Below are positions 38,811-53,769 of a stretch of 64,000 nucleotides of DNA, one piece after another. The position numbers and the translations under genes were made by a program. The DNA comes from the human T2T-CHM13v2.0 reference genome, Homo sapiens. Below the pieces are notes generated by a model. That model saw nothing but the letters and a program-made list of their open reading frames with translations, was not told the origin of the DNA and did no database searches. The stretch's first letter is position 1; every line of letters starts with the position of its first letter. The stretch lies in NCBI RefSeq assembly GCF_009914755.1, contig NC_060932.1; one strand, written 5' to 3'.

Positions 38811-39780
38811 GGATGAAATTACTCTCCAAGTTTCATTATTCTTTTAAAATCATATTATCTGACATATTTTTCAGTCATGTTTCAGTTTCCGTAGTCCCTG
38901 TTGATGATCTGAAACAGGAGCTTCCAAAGAGAGAGTGGATAACTTCCCCTACACTTTTCATATGCAGTTTTCTCTGCCGTGAATGGCCTTGTCTGCCTTC
39001 ACCAACAGTTCTAGTATTGCTTCTTGGAAATCTTTCTGATTTCTATTATACCTTTTTAATAATATTTTTAAATAATATACTTATCCCACACATATTCATG
39101 CATTTGTATGCCACTCACTTCCAGTGACTGTGAGCTTTTCTGAAGCAGGACCCCTCAGTTTTTGTATTCCTGTACTAAGCACAGTGCATGGAACTTTGTG
39201 TTCTTGCCTCTCAGGCCTTAAGAGTGCCCCTCCAAGTCATGATGGCTCCAAGTTTCCCTGCCCCTATAGAAGGTACCTACAGCTATTCAGTGGCTTTATC
39301 TGTGACTAGCACAGTGCCTGAAACATCACATAATAAAATCCGAGTAAATGATGTAGTTACAGCAGATGACTTCATATGATGTTTATAGACTACCATTTTG
39401 TTTCAAGGTATTGGACTAAACTCACAGTAGAAAATATATACTTTAAGAATGGACCAAACATGGGTAAAATCAATGAAATGTTACCAACAGAACAAATAGA
39501 ACCACTCAAATATCCAGTAAAAGGTACAGAATTGGGAATCTGAAATTCCATGGGTTTTACAGGATTTATCTTGTAAAATATATTCATATACTTTTGAAAG
39601 TGTCATTTAAAATGCTATAAAACTTGCAAATTGTCACATTTTTTGAAACCCACTCAGGGGAGATTTATGCATTTGTTAAACCCACTTTTTATTAAATGGA
39701 AGACTTATACTTTTCTTCAAAATACTTATACCATACTATCATCTTCACAGTCATGTTTTACAGCTTTCCTCATATTTCTT

Positions 39781-40078
39781 TTTTTCTGCCATTTTTTTTC
39801 AACTTTTATTTTAGATCTGGGGGTGTATGTGCAGGTTTATTACCTGAGTATATTGCATGATGCCGAGATTTGTGGTGTGATTGATCCTGTCACCAAGGTA
39901 TTGACCATAGTACCCAAGAGTTAGTTTTTCAACCCTTGCTCCCTTCCATTCCTCCCCCATCTAGTAGTCCACAGTGTCTATTTTTCCATTTTTATGTATG
40001 TGAGAACCCAAGATTTAGCTCCCACTTATAAGTGAGAACATGCTTACTTGCTTCTTCATTTCTGCATTAATTCACTTA
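39781..40078 (-). mobile_element. 5'-truncated L1PA15/16-like 3' end with TSD
   Basis: TTTTTTCAACTTTTATTTTAGAT.TGGGGGT.TATGTGCAGGTTT; TSD TTTCCTCATATTTCTTT starting at 39765 and 40079. Confidence 0.88.
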
Positions 40079-40839
40079 TTTCCTCATATTTCTTTCAGCA
40101 TGATATTTTATTTGAAAAGTTGAAATTCGTTGAATTTTGGGAAATAAGCTTTGACTAGTACACTGTTCCTTTTAGGTGTTGTGACATGAAATAATCAAAT
40201 TAAAACAAATATTGGAATGGAATTTACAGTTATATAATATTCCTGTGTCTGTAAGTCAATTTAATTCATCATCTGATCCCCTGAACTAGTTAATGGAATC
40301 ACTGAAGATAGAAGGCTGTTGTGTTGCATTTTACATTTGCATTTCACATTGCCCCTCAGGAGGCAAATTTCTTTTCTTTTCTCCAGTAAATTTTATTATA
40401 TTTTCCTTCATATAACATTAAATGTTTTAAGGAGAAAGTAAGCATGACATTAAAAATATATTTTTCTTGAAGTTATTAAATATGAGAGACTGCCAGTAAT
40501 GTACATATTAAGGTACAATGCCCAGTACCCAGGCGACACAATAAATTATCATTGTTTTAAACAATAAATTATTGTAGCTGCACTACAGACATGTCTTCAA
40601 ATTTTTAGTTCTATAAGCTCTTAGAGGCTAATAACCATGTATTATTAACCTTTGAGTTGCTTGCATCACCTAGAACAATTCCCTGCATATATAAGATACT
40701 AAATTTTGGGATATGAATGAGTGAATTAATAAATTAAAGAGATAACTGAATGGGATGGCATGTATGAAAACAGCTTGTAAATATAAAATGCTGCCCTAAT
40801 AACAGATTAATATTACATTTACTGTCATGAATAATTTAA

Positions 40840-41720
40840 AAAATGTTTTTGAAGTATGACTACATTCAGAAAAGTACAATATCATAAGTGCGATTAAACT
40901 CATGTAACCAGCCCCCAAATCAAAGACAAAATATTACCACATCCTAGAAGTCCCACTTATGCCCCTTTCAGTCACTGCTTCTCCCAAAGTTAACCACTAT
41001 TCTGACTTCCAACACTGTGGATTCATTTTGCCTGTTTTTGAATTTCATAAAATGGACTCATACAGAATGTACTTTTTGTGTCTCACTATTTCTGCTCAAT
41101 ATCAAGTTTGTGCAATCCATTCATGTTTTAGGATGTAGCTATCACTTGTTCATTCTCATTGCTGTATAGTATCCCACTGTATGAATATACCAAAGTGTAT
41201 TTATCCTTTCTACTACTGAGGGACATTTGGGTTGCTTCCAGTTTTGGGCTATGATGAAAGTAAAATGAATATTCTTCTACATGTCTTTTGGTGAACATAT
41301 GCACATATTTCCAATGCAGACATACCTAGGAGGGAGATTGCTGATGACTATAGATATATTCAGCTTTAATTAGTATACTGCCAATCTTCCCAAAAATTTA
41401 TACTTAGTTTTATTATCATCGGCAGCATATGAGAGTTCAGTTGCTCTTCATTCTAGACAACACTTGGTTTCATTTTAGCCGTTCTGGATGGGTATGGTGG
41501 TGTTACAGTGTGTTTTAATTTGCATTCCTATGATGACTACTGAAAAAGAGCTTTTTTGTCTTGTTTTGTTTTTACTGGTCATTGCTTTTATGAAGTGCCT
41601 GTCCAAGATTTTGCACTTTTAGGGGGTGGGTAGATTTATTTCCTTTTATGTTGTAAGAGTTCTTTATATATTCTGGATATGGCTTCTTTGTCAAGTATAT
41701 GTATTACAAATATTCTCTGT
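40840..41720 (-). mobile_element. Old L1M (MB/ME-like) 3' region
   Basis: TTTTGCCTGTTTTTGAATTTCATAAAATGGA...GGACATTTGGGTTGCTTCCAGTTTTGGGCTATGATGAA...GTTTTAATTTGCATT. Confidence 0.8.
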
Positions 41721-44700
41721 GTGAATAATTTTAACCTGCAGTCCATTCAGAGTACAGATACTCCACGTGGGCCAACTACCGGTTGTGTCAAGCTAGTGTA
41801 CTATAGAATGCCGAGGTGATTTTCAAAAACACCAATGTCAGTGCATCGTTCCTGAACAATTGAATCTGAATCTCTGGGGATTGGGACTGGTGCTACATAT
41901 TGTTCATTATTGGATCCCAGTGCCTAGTAAGTAGTATTCTTGACATTAAAACAGGTATTTAAAATTTAATCTTTAGCTCACGATCCATTCTTTCATCAAA
42001 CCATATATAATATAATTTGAATATATTCTCTTACATGATTAAACACATTTAATAGAACTTGATAAATGAAGAAAACAATTTATCTTCAGATATTTGCTCT
42101 GTATTCACAATTATAACAAAATAAACGTTCTAATAGAATGCTTAATAATGTCCTTATATAAAATGAAAAAATCATTTAAAAATTTTTAAATCTTAATCCT
42201 CACAAAACGATGACATTATTTAAACATTTTTAAGGGAGATTTTTGAGATTTTATATTTTAGTGGAAGAGGTTTACTGTTCAAAATCAGCTGGAGTATATT
42301 GCTCTGGGAGGAGAGTGGGGGATGAAATTAAAAGGCTGCAGGTTGTGGCTCATGACTAAGAAGAATATGGGAAGAGAGTTATCCAACAATGCAAAGACTT
42401 GCTTCTTGAGGCTGCAAGCGACCCATTATTAAGGGTAATCACATGGAGTTTGAATTTCCATCTGGATGGAAATTTCCACAGTAGGTCAGATTTTCTGACT
42501 TCTAACAGTGTCTTACAGCTTTAAATTCTATACCTTTTCTGCAATGTAAGGCGTTTCATGTAGTGCAGACACAATTCTTCCCCTGGAAGTGAAATCCTCC
42601 TACCCCTACTCCTCTTGATATTCTTGCCATGGATACAGAGCAAAAATTCACCTTAGGGTTTTAGAAGTCACTCTTTGAAGGAGTATTGCCAAAAGGATAC
42701 CTTCCTGTCGTTGATTTAGCAGAAAGGTTCTTACTAGTCTTCCCTCTTCCTTTTGGACTTATTCTTGCTCTGTATTTTTAGGGACCACTACCTCCCTCAG
42801 CTAAATTCAAGATGTTCTGTGAAATGGAAATGTAGCTGAGTACAAGGCAAGATTGACAGTGAGAGTCTTCAGTTTTCCATTTACAAAAGATAATCTCTTC
42901 AATATTAAATATGAAAAGCTCTGCCTGATGGTCGCATTATAACCAGTGGGGTATCTTGTCAACCAGCATGCTGGGAAACTGGTTTATACAGCTAACTCTT
43001 TTTGGTAATTATTGCCTTTAAGGGACAGCATCCAACCATATTAAATGAGACAGTTCATAATTGTCAGATATTAGTATAATGGATTCAGCTAAAAGGATTT
43101 TAGACATTTGGGCCAATTAGGCCCTCTGTTCTAGAAGGTGCACGTGGCATGGAATGAACCTACCCCTTGAAATTGGAGAGAGGATGTTGTGAATAACCAG
43201 ATGCCTGGCTTTAGTTACTAACATTTCCTGACACATGTGCCACCCTAGACATTGCTAGTTGTTGTGTGCAGGACTTAGGTCAGGTCTACCTCTAACAAAC
43301 AAAATGATCTGTAGGAAGTTACTGACTCCAGGGAGCACTAAATCCAGAGCTTAATTGTCAGGCTGAAAATCCGCAATCAAGACTATTTTCATTTGGTTTC
43401 TTAGTTCACATTTCCAAATGCTGTCATTTCCAAGTAAGATTTGTTAGGCAGTTTTTAGTCTTATGTTAGGAAGTGAGCTGTGCCTGAATTCCCACATGTC
43501 CTCAACTGTTCAGCATATTGTGTTAGTACAGGATTGTAAAAGTTTCAGTATAAGAAACATGACATTTCTGAGTTCCTTTTTCCTAAAGTCTCTAATGCAG
43601 AGAGTGTATATGCACAACAGGGAAATTACACCAATTCTACTAGTAACTTAAGCAGCATGTCAAGTTTGGGCCACAATTTTCACAGCTTGCTAGGGTTGGC
43701 ATATTATTTGAGGATCTCTTTTAGTATGGCCTCCAGAACATTTTGGGAGATTCCAGGGGAAAAATGATTGTTTTGATAAAACAAGTGGTCTTTATGCACT
43801 ATAGGCCTTACCTTACTGACCCTTTGGAGGAGACACATCCCTCACTGGTGAGTTTTTATTTTAGATTTCCCCTCGATTATAGCTGTATCAGGAGCCCCTG
43901 AGTCTAGGATGCAATTTTATTCCACAGCCAATCCCAGTACGGTCATGAACTAACCACGGTTTTTCATCTTTTAAAAAGTACTCATTAGCTTATACAGGCA
44001 ACACATGAATACATGCTTGTGGAAACTTTTCCAACAACAAAATATTTTTGGAAAGTGATATTTGGGATTAAAGAGTTAGCCATCCTTCATTCCTGTCTGT
44101 AACCCCACTCCAGATGATTCAACTGTAAAAGTAGCCATTATTCGTAGCAGAAAAATTTTTTTCTGATCTTTTTAATGCATTTATATTCATATGTATATGA
44201 ATGTATACAAATATATAGTTTAGCAAATATTAAATAAATCATAGAGTATGCATTTTTTGCTATTTGCGCTTTTATTTAAAAATATAAATTAACTATATTT
44301 AAGTCAGAAATTATCAGGGTTTGGGAATGCATCCCTGTCTGCAAACCCAGATTTGAAGAAGTTTTCTAAAGGCCTCCCTCAGACTCTCTCCTTTCTATAC
44401 TATTTGATTTCACTCCCACTACCATTCCCATTGTCTCACAGTTCAGCTGCATCAAGCAGAAAGACATTCTAATCAGTGCAACAATTTATAAAGCCTTGCT
44501 TGTGTCTTCAGATTAAAGTATACATGCAACTTTTGAACCAACAGGGTGAGAAAATGGAAATGCTAACAAAGATTTTAATTAAGAGCTAAATACTCTATAT
44601 AGATTGGCTGCATAGACAGCAAGGAAGTATTTCTCATAGCCTCAGAGATGGAAATGGGATAATTGCTGAGAAAAATAGATCCCTCTGACCTATTATCCCT

Positions 44701-45794
44701 TATTTATACCAAATTCTAGCAGCTTTCCTAACCTTTCCTTTATGACCACTTGACAAGGAGCAGAGGGCAGTGGCTCTTCCCTGCAACAGTTGAGCTTGAT
44801 TGCTTACAGTCTTCCACACCCAGGGGTTTGCATCCCCCCTTGATTAGGAGAAATGGCCCCCTGCTCATCCTGTCAAGACTGCCAGGCTGCACAGTGAATA
44901 GGGGAGAAATCTCATTTTGGAGACAAGCATTTTCTGTGAACTCTATTAAGCAACAAAGAAGCAAGGCTTTCATGAGGTCACATTTCCAGGATATAATCAC
45001 CAACTTCTTGGGTGCAATATAAGGCCCTGCCAGAGTCCACTCTTTCCATATTCGTCAATGTGATTATTTCATGATAACAGCTTTCTCGAGGGAGTCGGGA
45101 ATGCTTTCTGCACATTTTAATGAGCCTGTCATCCTGTCTCAATTTTTTCCCATAGTCTTTATTTCATTTCTGATTCCTTTTTTCATGTTGTGAGCCACAT
45201 TTATTTGGAAGGCAGAGAGGACACAGAGATTTTAAATGTCATCCAATGTAGATGAAAATTCATTGTCTTCCCTTCCTGAAATTTGGCGATATTGCACTTT
45301 TTGGTTTAGTTGGGTTAAAAATATTCTGTATCTGTGTTCTCAGAAAAAAATATATAATTGGACATGGAATTCAATATGTTCCTGGATTTAAAAAAAAAAT
45401 CTTTCTTTTCATGAAGATTTGAAACATGAGTTAAGTGCAGTTATAATAAGGAGCAATACAACGAACATCCCTATGTAATAAAAGATTTCAGGGTCCTATC
45501 CAATGACCCAGAAACTACAAGATTCCATAGTTCTGGTTTTACTAGACTCTATTCAAAGAGGCCAGATGATTTATGAATAAACATAGTTCTAACATTAACA
45601 TTTTTATATTTAGGTATTACTTAATTTAAAAGCAAATACTAAAATTGAGATTCATTAAAAAAGTGGTTTTTATTTTTAGAAATAGAAAAAAACAGACAGA
45701 ATATTTGATTTTATTTCTGTTACCTATTCTACTTTATTTTTACTAAATTTAACCTTAATTTTAAATATGTTTAATATTTTTTCTCCTACTAGAG

Positions 45795-45910
45795 TTTGAT
45801 TTTATAACTAAATTTACCCTGGGATTTAGTATAAAAGGATAGTAGCACAGGATTTGATTTCATAAATAAATTTACCTTGGGATTTATTATGTAAGGACTG
45901 TAGATTAGGG
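45795..45910. repeat. Diverged tandem duplication, 2 x ~58 bp
   Basis: TTTGATTTTATAACTAAATTTACCCTGGGATTTAGTAT versus TTTGATTTCATAAATAAATTTACCTTGGGATTTATTAT. Confidence 0.85.
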
Positions 45911-46559
45911 TATATTTTAATGAATTTCAACTACCCCTCGACAACGGTTTATTCTAATTTTTCAGATGGCTTTTGTTAATGAATGATGTCTGTGACTAAT
46001 GCTCCCTATAGCTTCACCTATTTAAATTAATCTGGCTCTTTATCCTTTGTAAACATATGTATGATCTGCTTCAATCAGATTTTCTGAAAACAAAGAAAAC
46101 TACTCCCCGTCCTTTCCCAGGAGGTTTACAAATGATATGCATTGAACTAATCCAATTGGACTAATATGATTATTTTTTGTGTGTATGCAAAAGTGCATAG
46201 ATTGTTCAATAATATATGAGAAAAGAGAGGTGACTATTCTCCTGCCAGCTTCTTTACATATACATCTGGAGGAGAAAGTGTCTCTGGGCTAAAAACCCAT
46301 GTGGCTGCTAAGACTTCCTTGCAAACAGTGCTCCTGCTTTCTCTGGAAACAAGGATGCATTCTCCAACACAAAGAGGACACATCAGTTCACTTTCACTCA
46401 CAACTCTTTTTCCAGTAGTGATGAGGGGCTTGTAGGCACAGATTCAGACTCCCATCTGGCCACTGCTGTGACAGAGCTGAGGCCTGGGTATCCAGACCAG
46501 CTGGCAGAGGGGGAGACAGGCCCTCTGTCTGAGCCTGGGTGTGCATCCACAAGGCTGCC

Positions 46560-48130
46560 CCTCAAACTCTTTCTTGGTGTGCTTCCTTCCTCTGCTCTCC
46601 TTTTACATGCTGGTGTTCCCAAAGCTCTTCCTTTGTTCTTTTCTCTTTTTATGCTACATACTCCCTGGTAATTTTACCAAATCCATGATTCTCATCATCT
46701 CCTAACGACTCTGAAAATATATTATCAGCCCAGACCCTCTCCTGAGACCCAGATCCAAATATTCACCTTATTCAGCACCTTGCTGAATATCTTAATTTGG
46801 ATATATCTTTGGTTCCTCAAACCCATCAGGTCCCAAAATGAACTATTATATTTATTCCCAAATATGTCTTCTTTTGTGTTTCTGATCTATGAGAATGACA
46901 CATCCAATTGCCAAAAATGAAGTCATAACGACTTCTTCCCTCTTGTCACCTCTCGCATTCCAGGTCACTAAATTCTACAAATTTTATCTTCTAAATACGT
47001 CTCAGATTTTTCCACTCTTTTCCATGACTACTTCCACAACATCAGTTAAGGTAGGGTATTTCTTTAATATTTTGTACAAGAGGGAAGTGAGTGGACAGGG
47101 AGATAAGTGTTCTCATTGATGTGGTGCACACTCTGTCAGGATAGGATGGAAACTGAATGTATTAACATCCCAAGTATTTTCCTTCCTATATTGCTTTGTG
47201 AATATAATTTTAAAAGGTTGTAAATTAGTTCAAGTTTAAAGACAAGCCATAATGATGGTTTACCTGATGATGACATGTCCTTTGCATCAATTTGTAATTC
47301 CACTAGTTTATACTTCCATGAACATTATATGAAAGTCCTTTCATACACATTCTTGCCAACTCTAAATATTACCTGTTTTTAACAATCTGATGGGCAAAAG
47401 GTGTATTTTATTCTCTTTTAAGTTATATTTTTATGACTATTAACATGTTTGAGCATTTTTGTATCTTTATCTTTTTGTAAATGTGAATTACCTATTAGTC
47501 TCATGAATTTTCATAATCATCATCATCATAAACTTCAAATAACATTTCTATTGACTCGGAGGACCTCTTTATGCAATAAGCATATTAACCTTTCTGGGAT
47601 ATGGGTGCATGTGCAGTACTTTTTCCCTTTCACTCTGCTACTTGCCTTTTGATAATGTTTATGTTACTTTTTGTGATTCAGAAATATTTTTCATGTAGTC
47701 TCAACTCCTGGTCTTTTCCTGTATGTCTCTGCAACATAGTTCTTACTAGTCTCTCTCCCATGGTCTCCTCACTTTTCCTCTGCACTCCAATTTGTCACAG
47801 AGTTATATTTTCACAACATAAATCAGCTCTGTTTCTTCCTGCTTCCAACCTTTCCGTGTCTTCCCATTGTCTACATTGATTCCAGCATGGCAAAGGTTTT
47901 TAGAGATCTAGTACCTTGATGCCAATCCAACACATAGTCTAACATTTGCCCCCACCATCTAATTATCCAGCTGTGTATTATCCCAACAGGGCTCAGATAC
48001 ACCATGGGTGCAATTCATGTTAGAGTTTTTGTATGTGGTCCCCCTTTGTCTGGAATGACTTTCCTCTTTCCTTGACCTGTTAGGAATTTCAATTTATTTT
48101 TCTAGGCTTGGGTGCATTGATTATTCTTTG
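46560..48130. mobile_element. L2 relic (+) interrupted by an old L1M fragment (-, ~47200-47720)
   Basis: L2-like CAGCCCAGACC.TCTCCTGAG.CCCAGA..CA, CCTCAAAC.CA.CA.GTCCCAAA; L1M-like CACATTCTTGCCAAC in between. Confidence 0.55.
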
Positions 48131-48339
48131 TTTAAAATATGATGACACAGTAAATATTCCTCTTTTGCGCTGTGTTACCAATTTTTGATGTACCAGTGTT
48201 CCTGTAGTCTTATTTACATAAAGGCTCTTTTAAATACATACCATTCTTAATTTAAATATAACTACTAAAATTGTATATCTCTACTGCAAATGGAGATACC
48301 ATGTTACTTGCAATAGATAGGAGAAAACCATTAAAATGG

Positions 48340-48535
48340 AAACAGAGTGTGGAATGATAGACAATGGAGACCTGGAAGGTTGCAGGGGTGGGAAGGGAGT
48401 GGGAGATAAGAAATCACTTACTGGGTACAATGTACGTTATTCAGGTGATGGATGCAGAAAAACCCTGTCTTCGCCACTATACAGTAATATATGCATGTAG
48501 CAAAATAACACCTGGACTCCAAAATTTATACCAAA
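48340..48535 (+). mobile_element. L1MA/PB 3' end fragment
   Basis: AGAGTGTGGAATGATAGACAATGGAGAC.TGGAAGG...CTGGGTACAATGTACGTTATTCAGGTGATGG. Confidence 0.8.
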
Positions 48536-50384
48536 AGCCCCCACAAAAGCATAACTACTACAAAAATCTACCTGTGCTCCACCCAAAATCATCTTGCACA
48601 TCAACACTTATGCATCTGCTACCTTTTGCAAAGCACTACTCAATTTTACCATTTATTAAATTATCAAAAGACAGACTTTTAAGAGAGAGATTTTCTGTGG
48701 TATATTTATAGATCATTGTACAATCATAGCTTATAAAAAGACATACATTGGTAAGAGTTTGAACAGATCTTTGGATACTCACATTTATTTCTAGTTATTT
48801 ATCATCCTAAAAGGTGTTAATCTTTACCATGTGCAAATGGAGCAAGTCTTGGTTCACCATGCACTGACTGAATTACAAACAAACGGACTGTGATGGAAAG
48901 CTTTAAAAGTGTTTCTCAGTCCATCTATTCAATGGCATTTGTCTTAATTCAAGAGAGAAAGTATTAAATGCAGATAAAGGAAAATGAAATCAGCAGGGCA
49001 ATGAAAACAGGATGTTGGGTCTCAGGGGGCAGATGTTGTTACAGAAAACTCTGTCCGTCAGGCTTAATTTGTTAGATTCTGTGGTAGAATGAATGTGACT
49101 TAGAAGAAAACAAAATATTATATTTAGATTTGGGAATGGTTAAGGACTATTGCCAGACTAGATTTAATTACATCTGTCATTTGACTCTGTGGTACTCTAT
49201 ATTCTTAAAAATCTCAAAAGGATCCGTTATTTTTCCTAAAAGTTTAAATATGCAATTCATATTACTTTCTATTATACTCTCTTTATTTTTTTTAATCTCT
49301 AGGTACTGATTTGTGCATTTGATAGAGGTGCAATAGAAACAGCCTGCTTCCAAATGTTTCCTATTATTTTATTTTCTAAGAATGAGTCAGCATAGAAGCT
49401 GAACATTTAATAAGGTGAAAGCTAAAAAAAGGTATTATTTTAAACTTTACAAATTTGTTACACCTCTCATCCCAGGATTATAAAGTACCAATTTCTACAA
49501 AATGCACAAAAATGCTGCCAATCTTTAACCTTTCCAAGAGAATGGTAAACATTAAATAGTGGTATAAAAATAGAACGTTGTACCCAGTAATGAAGTGGTG
49601 TTTATTTCTTACATTACTCTGAAATGTATAATTTTAGTTGTTCCTTTTCAAATTACAACCGAATACAAAAACCTCTTTTCACCCAGAAAGGATGTTATTA
49701 ACCTTTCCTTAAAAAAAGAAAAAAAAAATACAGCTGTTTGCAGGCAGGTCTCAAAAATAGCCCCAAAGTTGAAAGCAATAGCTTATTAACAAGGTTCAGT
49801 ATTTTAATGAGATGAAGTCATATCGTTTAATTCCTTATCCTTCATGTTAACTTTATTATCATTCACCGTTTGTGATCTCAGGCTGCAAGAAAGGCATTCA
49901 GCTTAAGCAAAGCTGAAATTGCATCCATGAGTTCATAAGTGTTTGGCCTGATAATGGTTGTCTTATTTGCTCTACTATCTAACTTGGGATTTTAGTGTTT
50001 CTCTGGGCCTTTAGCTACAGTTGGAAATCGTATGCAACGGAGATTCTCCTTCCTTTGATGAGAGCACCCTGACATCCTCAACAGCTGGCCAAAGACTTGA
50101 CTCTCACAATACCACTGCTCTTTGAATCAGAGGTCAATGGGGAGGCTTCAGAGTGCCACAATCCCTGTCCTCCTGTTTGTAACAACATTGTACATGATTA
50201 TGGGTTATCTCCTTTCACTTTGAGAGAGATTCCATAGCTTCCAGAAAATTCCTTAAGGATCCATTAATTTTTTAAAAAAGGTTTTTGCGGTACCTCATTG
50301 TGTCGTAATATATAGTCCTAGAGCAACTGAGAACACCTTACATAAACTCCAGATATTTTTAGGGTGAAACCTGAAAGACTTCTT

Positions 50385-50943
50385 TTAAAAAAATATTGTG
50401 GTAGAATATACATCATATTTATCGTTCCAACCATTTGTAAGTGTACAATTCTGTGGTATTAAATACATTCACAACATTATGTAACCATTACCAGTATGTA
50501 TGTCTACAACTTTTCATCATCCCCAACAAAGACGCTGTAGCCATTGAATAATAATCCCCCTTTCTCTCCTCCACCCCATCCTCTCAGCCCCTGATAACTG
50601 CTATTTTATTTTCTGACTCTGAATTTGCCTAGGTGTATATGATTCCACTTATATGGAATACATATTTGTCTTGTGTCTGGCTTATTTCACTAAGCATAAT
50701 AGTTACAAGGACCATTCATGTTGTAGACATGTCAAAATTTTATTCCCTTTCATGGCTAAATGATAATCTATTGCATGTATATTCCACATTGTGTTCATCC
50801 ACTCATTTGTGGATAGACACTTGATTGTTTCCACATTTTGGCTACTGTGAATAATGCTGCTATGAACATGGGCTGACAAATATCTGTTTGAATCCCTGCT
50901 TTCAATTATTTTGGATATACATCCAGGAGTGAAATTGCTGGGC
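50385..50943 (-). mobile_element. L1MB-like 3' fragment
   Basis: AAGTGTACAATTC.GTGGTATTAAATACATTCACA...CCACATTTTGGCTACTGTGAATAATGCTGCTATGAACATGGG. Confidence 0.85.
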
Positions 50944-52029
50944 AAGATTTATCTTTATTAGATTAAAAATTTTAAATCAGTTTCTTCTTTTCATCACCAA
51001 GAAAAGTTTTTGCCATAGAACTATTCAAGTTGGTCCCTAGTCAGTTTGATGTATGTAATTCCTCTGATACGAATCCACCTAAGTGGTCTCTGTAATTACC
51101 CTGTTTCCATATTGTAAGAACTTTTCTCATATTATTGCCTTGCAAAGCACTTGGAAACAAAATCCATCTAAGAACAATATAGATATTTGCAGTTGATCTT
51201 AAGTATAGATCCTGCTCTCTTCTTTTTCAACACTCATGCCACATAAAGAATGTTTTACTTCATGAAAAATACATTCTAGGTATTATTCCCATGCAATCTT
51301 CAGAATTTATTTGGCAAATTGCTTGAAATGGCACTTGTCACCAGTGAACAGGGATGGAAAATAAGGACATGTCATTCTCCTTGTAGAAATGATTATTCTG
51401 GACACGGTGCTAATTTGCCAACCCTTGAAAAGTCAGTTTTGTTTATAAAGACGTTGACATATTCACAGAATTGAGAATTTTAAGTAAATATCATGAGCTT
51501 GTGTTTGCCAATCCCTGGGGTAATTGCTTAATACAAGTTCCTCAGAGCTCTTTATCCCCAGAAATCATATTAAAACGATGACATTATCAAGGTGTTGGAA
51601 GATAGGAGAGAAAAAAAATAAGATGGGTTTACAGTGGGAGCTCAGACTTAAGGGTTCATTTTCATAGAGATATTTTGTCATTTCTCCTAAAGTCATTTTT
51701 ATGTCCATCAGGGAGACAGGAGAGAGGGAATGGGCATATTTCTTTGAGACTCATAGATAATTATCCTAAATAATGTGGTAGATGCTGCCAGTTAATGGGA
51801 ATGGAAATAAAGTAATGTCAGGAACCTGCAGTGCCCACAACACTGCTTTCACTCCCTGCTGTCAGGTTTGGTCTGGATTAGCTTTGGTTCTGTAGGTTTG
51901 CCTCCATTTTGAAGAACAATGGAATCATAAAATTGAAAGCTTTGATGGTGTTTGTACTCATCTGTCTGAATTTCATCTGTGTCTCTGCTAAGTGGATTTC
52001 TGAATCTCAAATGAATTGTTCAGAGACAG

Positions 52030-52240
52030 TGAACAATATGGTGTGATGGTTCAGAGAGCTCTGATTTGGGGATCAGACCAATTTGTATCTGATTTCAGAC
52101 TCTGCCACTTACTAGCTGTGAGTCCTTCGATAAGTCACTTAACTCCCTGAGCCTCAGTGTCCTCATCAATAATCTAAGCTTAACAATACTTCACATAACT
52201 TTTATGAGAACAAAATAGAATAAGGTTTGTACACTGTGAT
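52030..52240 (+). mobile_element. MIR
   Basis: CTCTGCCACTTACTAGCTGTGAG.CCTT.GATAAGTCACTTAAC.CCCTGAGCCTCAGTGTCCTCATC. Confidence 0.8.
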
Positions 52241-53769
52241 CATTATTGAGCGGCTTCTTTGTTCTTACCACAATAGAAAATGCTTTACATACATTTGTCT
52301 CTAGTTGGTGCAATGGGAGTGTCAGGTGAGTATTACCTATGCCTCCAGTTATCATAACAGCATCAAATCTCACCCTACCAGTACCTTCAATTTATTCTCC
52401 AGAATATGATTGTGGTAATCACCATCAAATGGAAATTTGATCATATTATTTCCCTACTGGAAATATGTAAGTCTCATTTTATCACCATCCAGACTATGTT
52501 TAGATTTCTTAGTATGATATTCTGGTGAGTTTTGACTTCTGCTAGCTTTTAGTCTTTTCTCTGCTCCTCCCATGTATTTGTCCTTGGGCACAATTAAATA
52601 GCCAAAGTTTCACTCATGCCCCATTCTCTTTCACAATCTTCCCCCTTTCCTTTTGCAGAATAACACATACCCTGCTTTGCTGGCCACTCGCAAATGTCAT
52701 TTCTTCTAGAAGCCTTTCTTGGTACCTCACATAATATCACTGTAAGTTTACTTGACTGCAGTGGGCACAAAGTTCTGGCTTCCTGAGAGCAAGAACTGTC
52801 TTTCATTTCCTGTATGAAAATATTAAGCATCATTTCTGGCGTTTTGTAGGTCTTAACTAATGTTTACTGCATTGATGAATAAATGAACACCAATCCTTTG
52901 AAGATAATTAGCCTTGTGTTCTGATTTTTTCTTCTTGACACTAAACCAGCGATGCAAATCTAGTTACCCTTATTAATATCCCTCAGTGGACTCAGTTGCC
53001 CAGAGGGTAAGTTCAAGCTTGGCTGATGTTTTAGGTAGAGATTAACACGTTGGTTTTCTTCTCCTCTCTCCCAAAACCTCCCTGAAATGATGGTAGAAAA
53101 ACACAAAGAGTAATGCAGGCTCATGAATATAGAGAGATAGAGTAGGGATATAAACACAACAAATATAAATATATTTACTAATACATTAGTATAAAATATG
53201 TGAGATTCGGCATTTTTGCATTTGCTCCATTCACCATGCACCTACTTGAATCACATTTATTTTTAGTTATTTTAATGCTTACATTTATGTTTTTAAATAA
53301 TACGCTTATATATAACCCATAATTTATTTTCTTACTACCATATTAGATATTTAAATGTTGTCATTTTTGTTAAAACAAGGCTGTATGAAAAATTATTTTA
53401 CAAAATAATTGTGTGTTTGTGTAACCATTTACTTAGGAATGGAGTTCTAAAAGTGGCATACTCTTTTCACTGTACAAAAAACAAGAAAAATGGGCTACAA
53501 ACTAGATTTAAATCAGGGGCGCTCTGAGATCTTAAACGTTTTAAAATTGGTAGCCTCAGTTCATCCTATGGTATAAATAATGAAATAAATGATATATATC
53601 ATGTACTTCATCAAATAATAAATACGATGTACTCTTTGAAGGAAGTCTCTAGAATTACCCTTCCAATCCTTCACACATGCCCACTGCAGCCCTTCAAGCT
53701 GATTGTGGAACTCTTCATGTTACAAAAATATGGGATAACTTCATATTTTCGTTGTTTCCCTTCATGGTA

